A stretch of 64,000 nucleotides of DNA from NCBI GenBank assembly GCA_012295275.1, contig CM022671.1, positions 19,220,001-19,284,000 on the forward strand. The letters are read 5' to 3'. Shown here piece after piece: positions 58,866 through 64,000 of this stretch; the first letter of the stretch is position 1; the number at the start of each line of letters is the position of its first letter. Both the position numbers and the translations under genes were made by a program. The DNA is from Chrysomallon squamiferum. Lineage: Eukaryota > Animalia > Mollusca. The notes under the pieces were generated by a model, which did not search any database, was not told the DNA's origin, and saw only the letters and a list, made by a program, of their open reading frames with translations.

Positions 58866-61263
58866 TTATTTCTTCCTCTTCCAGCAGTCAGGTGAGGTTT
58901 GAATAGTCTTCAAAGCCAACTTTTCAGCTTCCTTTTGGAAAAATTCTTTCTTTTTTAAATCCAGTCGTTTCCATTCTTCACCTAACATCACACTTATCTC
59001 CCTGCAATATAATAATTTGAAAGTTATCTATCAAGCATAAATTTCAAGAAAAAGCCCAATAATAATGGAAGTTTTTAAATAAAATCTCTGTGGAACATTC
59101 ATACATGTGAGTGTTTATCTAGACAGCAAAATATCGTTATTAATTACAAAATAAAATATCCTTTACCTATTGTCTCTGCCTGGGAACTTCTTTGTATATT
59201 CTAAACGATACTGTTTTGCAAATAACATGAAAGCATTCATTGGTCGTTTGGTCTGTTTTGCTTTCTTGGTGGTATCAGCCTCTGTCTGTTGACCCATGGG
59301 TGGTGAGAAACGCTCTTGGCACTGTCTTTTATGCTTGAAGTTTGAAATAACAGATACATTTTAAATATTTTTATATCAGTTAAAACTAATGTATAAAAAT
59401 TACATAATTGTTTAGCTTTAATGAAACTAAAATGTGAGTGTTCAGTTATTTTTAAATATTATTCATGAAAAGATTAAAATTAAGAACAATACATAAAGGA
59501 TGCCTATTAAAAAAATATATTAAACAGAATACTTATAAAAATTTACCTGGGCCATGGAACATAGTGTACTTGCAGCAGAAGAATCCTGTGAATTGAGTTG
59601 TACTCTAAAAGAAATTCAAGTTCTTTTTTAATCACTTATTTATCAAATTCTATATCAACATAGTAATACTTCAAGAACCACAATCTGTAATTGCTATTTT
59701 CTATGCAGTAAGAAAGAAGGTTATATTATTTAAGACTAATTTCACTTTGGTGTATTTTTATACAGATGAAATACATACCAATATTTTTTAAAACTGCAAC
59801 TACAAATTTTTTCTGTTACAAACATGAAATATTTGTAAAAAACTAGTCCATGAGACTATTATGTACTGTTAATTCCACCACTACGTTATTCAGCTTGAAA
59901 ACCAACTACAATTTACATCTTTTGTGTAGAAATCACAGGTACTGCATAGTTAAAAAACATAATCTACATTAAAAAAGTAAATAAATAAATAAAAAATAAA
60001 AAATAAATAAATAACAAAATAAAATAAAAACATTATTTTACCCATTTGTGTTATCTGATTTCTCATAAACATTAGTGAAAGAAACATCTGGGTGGAATGG
60101 AGACAGACAGATATCATGTTTTTCAAGTTTTCTGGATGAAATTCCATACAGTTTCTCTGTTTGATGAGGACAGCATGAAGACCAGCCTAAATGTATTATT
60201 ACAATCATTATAGCCCATACTAGCATCAGTCATTCTCAAGAAAGCATAATGTTTTATATACAGACACACACACACTCTTCTTTCCAATGATTATTATAAA
60301 ATTAACATAAAAGATTTTAAATGGAGTTTGATAACTGCAGATTCTAAATTATTTCAATGATACTACTAGCATTACTAATAAAAAAACCCATTTCAAAACT
60401 TCCACTGATGTGGGTAATGCTTTCACACATCAAGTTATGTAAATATCAAAACACTGAAAATATGTATTATTAATGTTTCTGGTTATGGGTCTTTTTATCT
60501 GTCCTGCAGAATACTGATATATTTTATTTATAATTTAATAAATACTAACAAGAACTATAATAATACCTTTATTTTTGACAAAGAAAGGATGATTCTGTGG
60601 ACACTGAGCTAGGATATGGAAAAATTTCTCTTTTCCAGCAGTAACAGTGAAATACAAGTCAACTGACTTCCCATCAGAGTCACACTCCATTCGGTCCAGC
60701 ACAAATGGAGCAGGTTTCCTTCTAAATGAACAGTTTTAAAAATTATAACTGTTTTGAAATGGTTCTATATTTAACAATAAATAATTAACAATTATTAAAT
60801 AATTAGGATACATTAACTAAACAAATACAAAATAAATAAATAATAATAAAACCATAAACATTATTTTTGTACTTAAGCTTATTACCTCTGCCATCTCCCT
60901 AACTTTTTATTTTATTTAATTTAGATTATATTATATCAGATAATAAAATAACATGCACAAACAAGCAACATCCCCCCCCCGCAAATGTATTCAGAAAAGG
61001 TGTGAAAAGGAACACTATTCTCTTCATATTTTTATATCAGGAACAGAACCAATGTTAGATCTCTTACAAAATATGTCCAATGGAATGTTCAGCACTGTTT
61101 GAAGAGTCTGTGTTCACACTGGATAGATTTCTCTGCTCAGCCAACTCTTCAGCAGTTTGCCAGTCACAGTCAGGCCATGATAAAACTTTGATGAATGATC
61201 CTTTGAAGAAAAGAATTAAATTTAGTATTAACAAAGGAGAAGTGAATGTGAAACAGAACCCCC

Positions 61264-61334
<71 letters not shown>

Positions 61335-62868
61335 TCACACACACACAAAAAAAACAAGACAAAAGATAAATATAAAACTGATTTACTCAGAAAAATGTTG
61401 AAAGTTAAAGAAAGTAGATACAGTAATATTTTGGGCCACAATTAGTTGTTATATAACAAAAAGAGAAGACACTAATAAACAAAGAAATACACGCTCTGAA
61501 ACCTGTGGCTAAATTACCATTTGTATGATAATGAACATATATTAGAGACAAAAAGATTGTACCTCTCATGAAACACTGCCAAACTGCAGTGGACAATGGA
61601 TGTGACCATGCCATGTTGCCTACATCAAAGTCTTTAGGTGAAGATGGAAATGGAAATGAAGATGTTACTCTCATGTCACTTTCTACTGAATATCTGAAAA
61701 TAATGACACCGACTCATTTTCAGAATATTAAAAAAGGACTTCATTGAGAGGAAACACTGAGAATTCAGATACCTGTGTGTATATATATATAAAACATATA
61801 ATTTAAATAAACTCTTAAATGTACAAAGATAGTGTTTGTAAATTTTAAGTATTTGTATTTAAATACTTATTATGCCCATACCTTGATCTCTCCTGTGATG
61901 CCGATGATAACAGAAAAGTATGAAAAAAAAAATGACTATCTAAATAGATGAAAGTGTGAGAATGGTAGAGCAAGATATTAATGCTTGTCTACAAGTCAAG
62001 TAGACCATTCCAAATAGCTAGTTCTTCCTCATGACTGTTTAACAGAAGCTATCTAATTAAAATATTTGTACCTGGGTCTTTCCCAAGAAGGTGATCCCGA
62101 CTGTAACAATGGACTCTGTGGACCAGTTGCTATATCAGCCAGCTGATGAAGTTTCTCCATATTACCTCCAGTTTCTGGCAGGACTAGATCTGTGGATGCT
62201 ACGGTCAAAATAATTACAGTAAACACTTTTATAAATAAATACTTAAAACATAATTATATACAAATCCTAAACACAAACATACACATACACACACACTGTC
62301 TACATTTAAAAAGCAACTTCATCAGTTTCTATAATGAAATTTTGTAAAATAAAATTTACTAACAGTATTATTAAATGTTAAAAGATCGAAATAATATATG
62401 TAAAACTTACCATCGATAAAACATTTTTATTTTTGTTACTAGAATTTATATTAAGTATTGGACTGTACTTTTAGACCTTTAATATAATAACAGTGAACCC
62501 TTCCATATTCTCTCTTTTGTTTCTTTTTCTTTTTATTTCTTTTAATTTTTAAAGCAGATATAAAGTTATCAAACACTGATGATATATATCTGATATGGGT
62601 TTACCTATAAAAGGTTTAGAGCTTAGAATTTCTCAATTGTTTGTGGTTGATTTTTGTATTACAAAAAGTCTATTTTAAACAGGTTGAAATAATAACTGAG
62701 AAAATAACAATAACATTAACACCTCACAAAACAACAACATTAAAAAAGGAATAATATAAAAAGCAACAAAAATGAAATACAAAACCTGATTTGTGTTGTT
62801 TTTCTAACTGGTTGTCAGTGAATTCCTCACATCTTGTTTTTGATTTGTGATACCTCAAACCATTAGAA
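58866..62868 (-). CDS. HBP1: HMG-box transcription factor 1 (AXH + HMG box); 5' end not identified
   Basis: Exons encode LHQLADIATGPQSPL, AXH motifs (STAVWQCFMRG, QCPQNHPFFVKNKGWSS, DICLSPFHPD) and the HMG box [39 protein letters not shown]...PDCWKRKK* (stop 58866-58868). Confidence 0.93.
61266..61345. repeat. (AT)n plus (CA)n microsatellite
   Basis: Directly visible, in an HBP1 intron. Confidence 0.95.
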
Positions 62869-63052
62869 CTAAAAATAAAAATGGGATGAAAAATGTATAT
62901 CAACATCTTACTACAGTACTCGTATATATATGTATATGTATATGAATATGTATGTATAAAAAAACAGGGAAAAAAAAGTATATTTATTAGAAGTCTGTTT
63001 TAATATTTTTATTCCATTTCTAGTGCTCTCTGACTAGCATCAACAGCAAACA

Positions 63053-63756
63053 CACTGGTACTTTGACTTATGAGTGCACCAACTTATGAGTTTTCTGAAT
63101 TATAAGACAGCTTCAGATATGCCGCTGTTAGTTGGTGCAACAAACAACACTACATCCAGCCTGCATCTCATACATTTACTTCATGTGGTTACCTTGCCTT
63201 TGAAGCATCTCTGTTGTGTTGTGTTCGAGTTTTGTGCAGTATTTTGAGAAATTTTTGTTTTCTGACCATGGATCCTAAGAATGTGAGTGCAAAGGACAGT
63301 GCTGAGAAGAAGAAGTGGATGATGTCCATTGAATTTAGTATAAAATCACAGAAAAATATGAACAAGGTGTGCATGTAGTCAACTTGGCTAGGCAGTATGA
63401 GTGTAGTACTTGTATGATATGTACCAAACTGAAGCAGAAGAAGTTAATAAAGGCTGTAACTCCAGCCAGAGGTGTTAAAATAATTTGTCTGATCTCCAAG
63501 ATAAATACTTTTTACAAAACCAATTTATTTCTTTACATTCTCTTTTATTTTGTTTTTTTAACAATATCTGTCATTTATAAATACATTTTTCTTATTTAAA
63601 AACATGTTACAAAAAAATGGGGTTGTTTTAGGGGGCTGGAATGGATTAATGGTATTTCAGTTAATTTCAGCTGGGAAAATTGATTTGATATACAAGCAAA
63701 ATGAGTTATGAGCTCAGTCATGGAACGAATTAAACTCCTAAGTCAAGGTACCACTG
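63053..63756 (+). mobile_element. Non-autonomous Tigger/pogo DNA transposon (deletion derivative, ~704 bp)
   Basis: TIRs CACTGGTACTTTGACTTATGAGT ... ACTCCTAAGTCAAGGTACCACTG followed by TA. A frameshifted transposase N-terminus starts at 63268 (MDPKNVSAKDSAEKKKWMMSIE.../...VVNLARQYECSTCMICTKLKQKKLIKAVTPARGVKII), a CENP-B/psq-type HTH. No DDE domain is present. Confidence 0.88.
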
Positions 63757-64000
63757 TATTTCATAGCCATTCATTAGGAACATAAATGTATTGAAATCTA
63801 ATTAAGCTAATATTCATTCATCTGTTTTCTGCTGATAACCATAAATACAGATTTAAGTCCAAAATATTTTTTATTTTGATATTTCCAGATCTTAAACATA
63901 GTTTACTAAACATAAATGAGAAAAAACTTAAACAGTGATGAGTTAAAAACAAAATTTATATAAATAATATCCAGTTACAAACTAGAACTAATTTAGTAAT

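Overview
AT-rich, intron-rich animal genomic DNA; a mollusc/lophotrochozoan origin is inferred but not proven. Six conserved spliced genes were reconstructed by hand from GT-AG exons: the 3' end of filamin (+, Ig repeats ~18-24, stop 9907), PUS7 (-), WASH1 (+), METAP2 (-), POT1 (+, head-to-head with METAP2) and HBP1 (-, 5' end not found). Between PUS7 and WASH1 lies a ~10 kb block that looks CpG-richer and is microsatellite-rich. It carries three minus-strand genes for very basic proteins. Two are tandem paralogs with the same exon layout and a domain resembling a degenerate plant-ET-type GIY-YIG fold, and each has an identical ATGACGTCAT (CRE) palindrome upstream; this is the best candidate for an undescribed system. 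Also present are a Tigger/pogo deletion derivative, a palindromic TA-flanked MITE, intronic tandem duplications, an extra N-terminal domain on POT1, and a candidate microexon in filamin Ig20. Homology calls are from recognition of motifs, not database searches.
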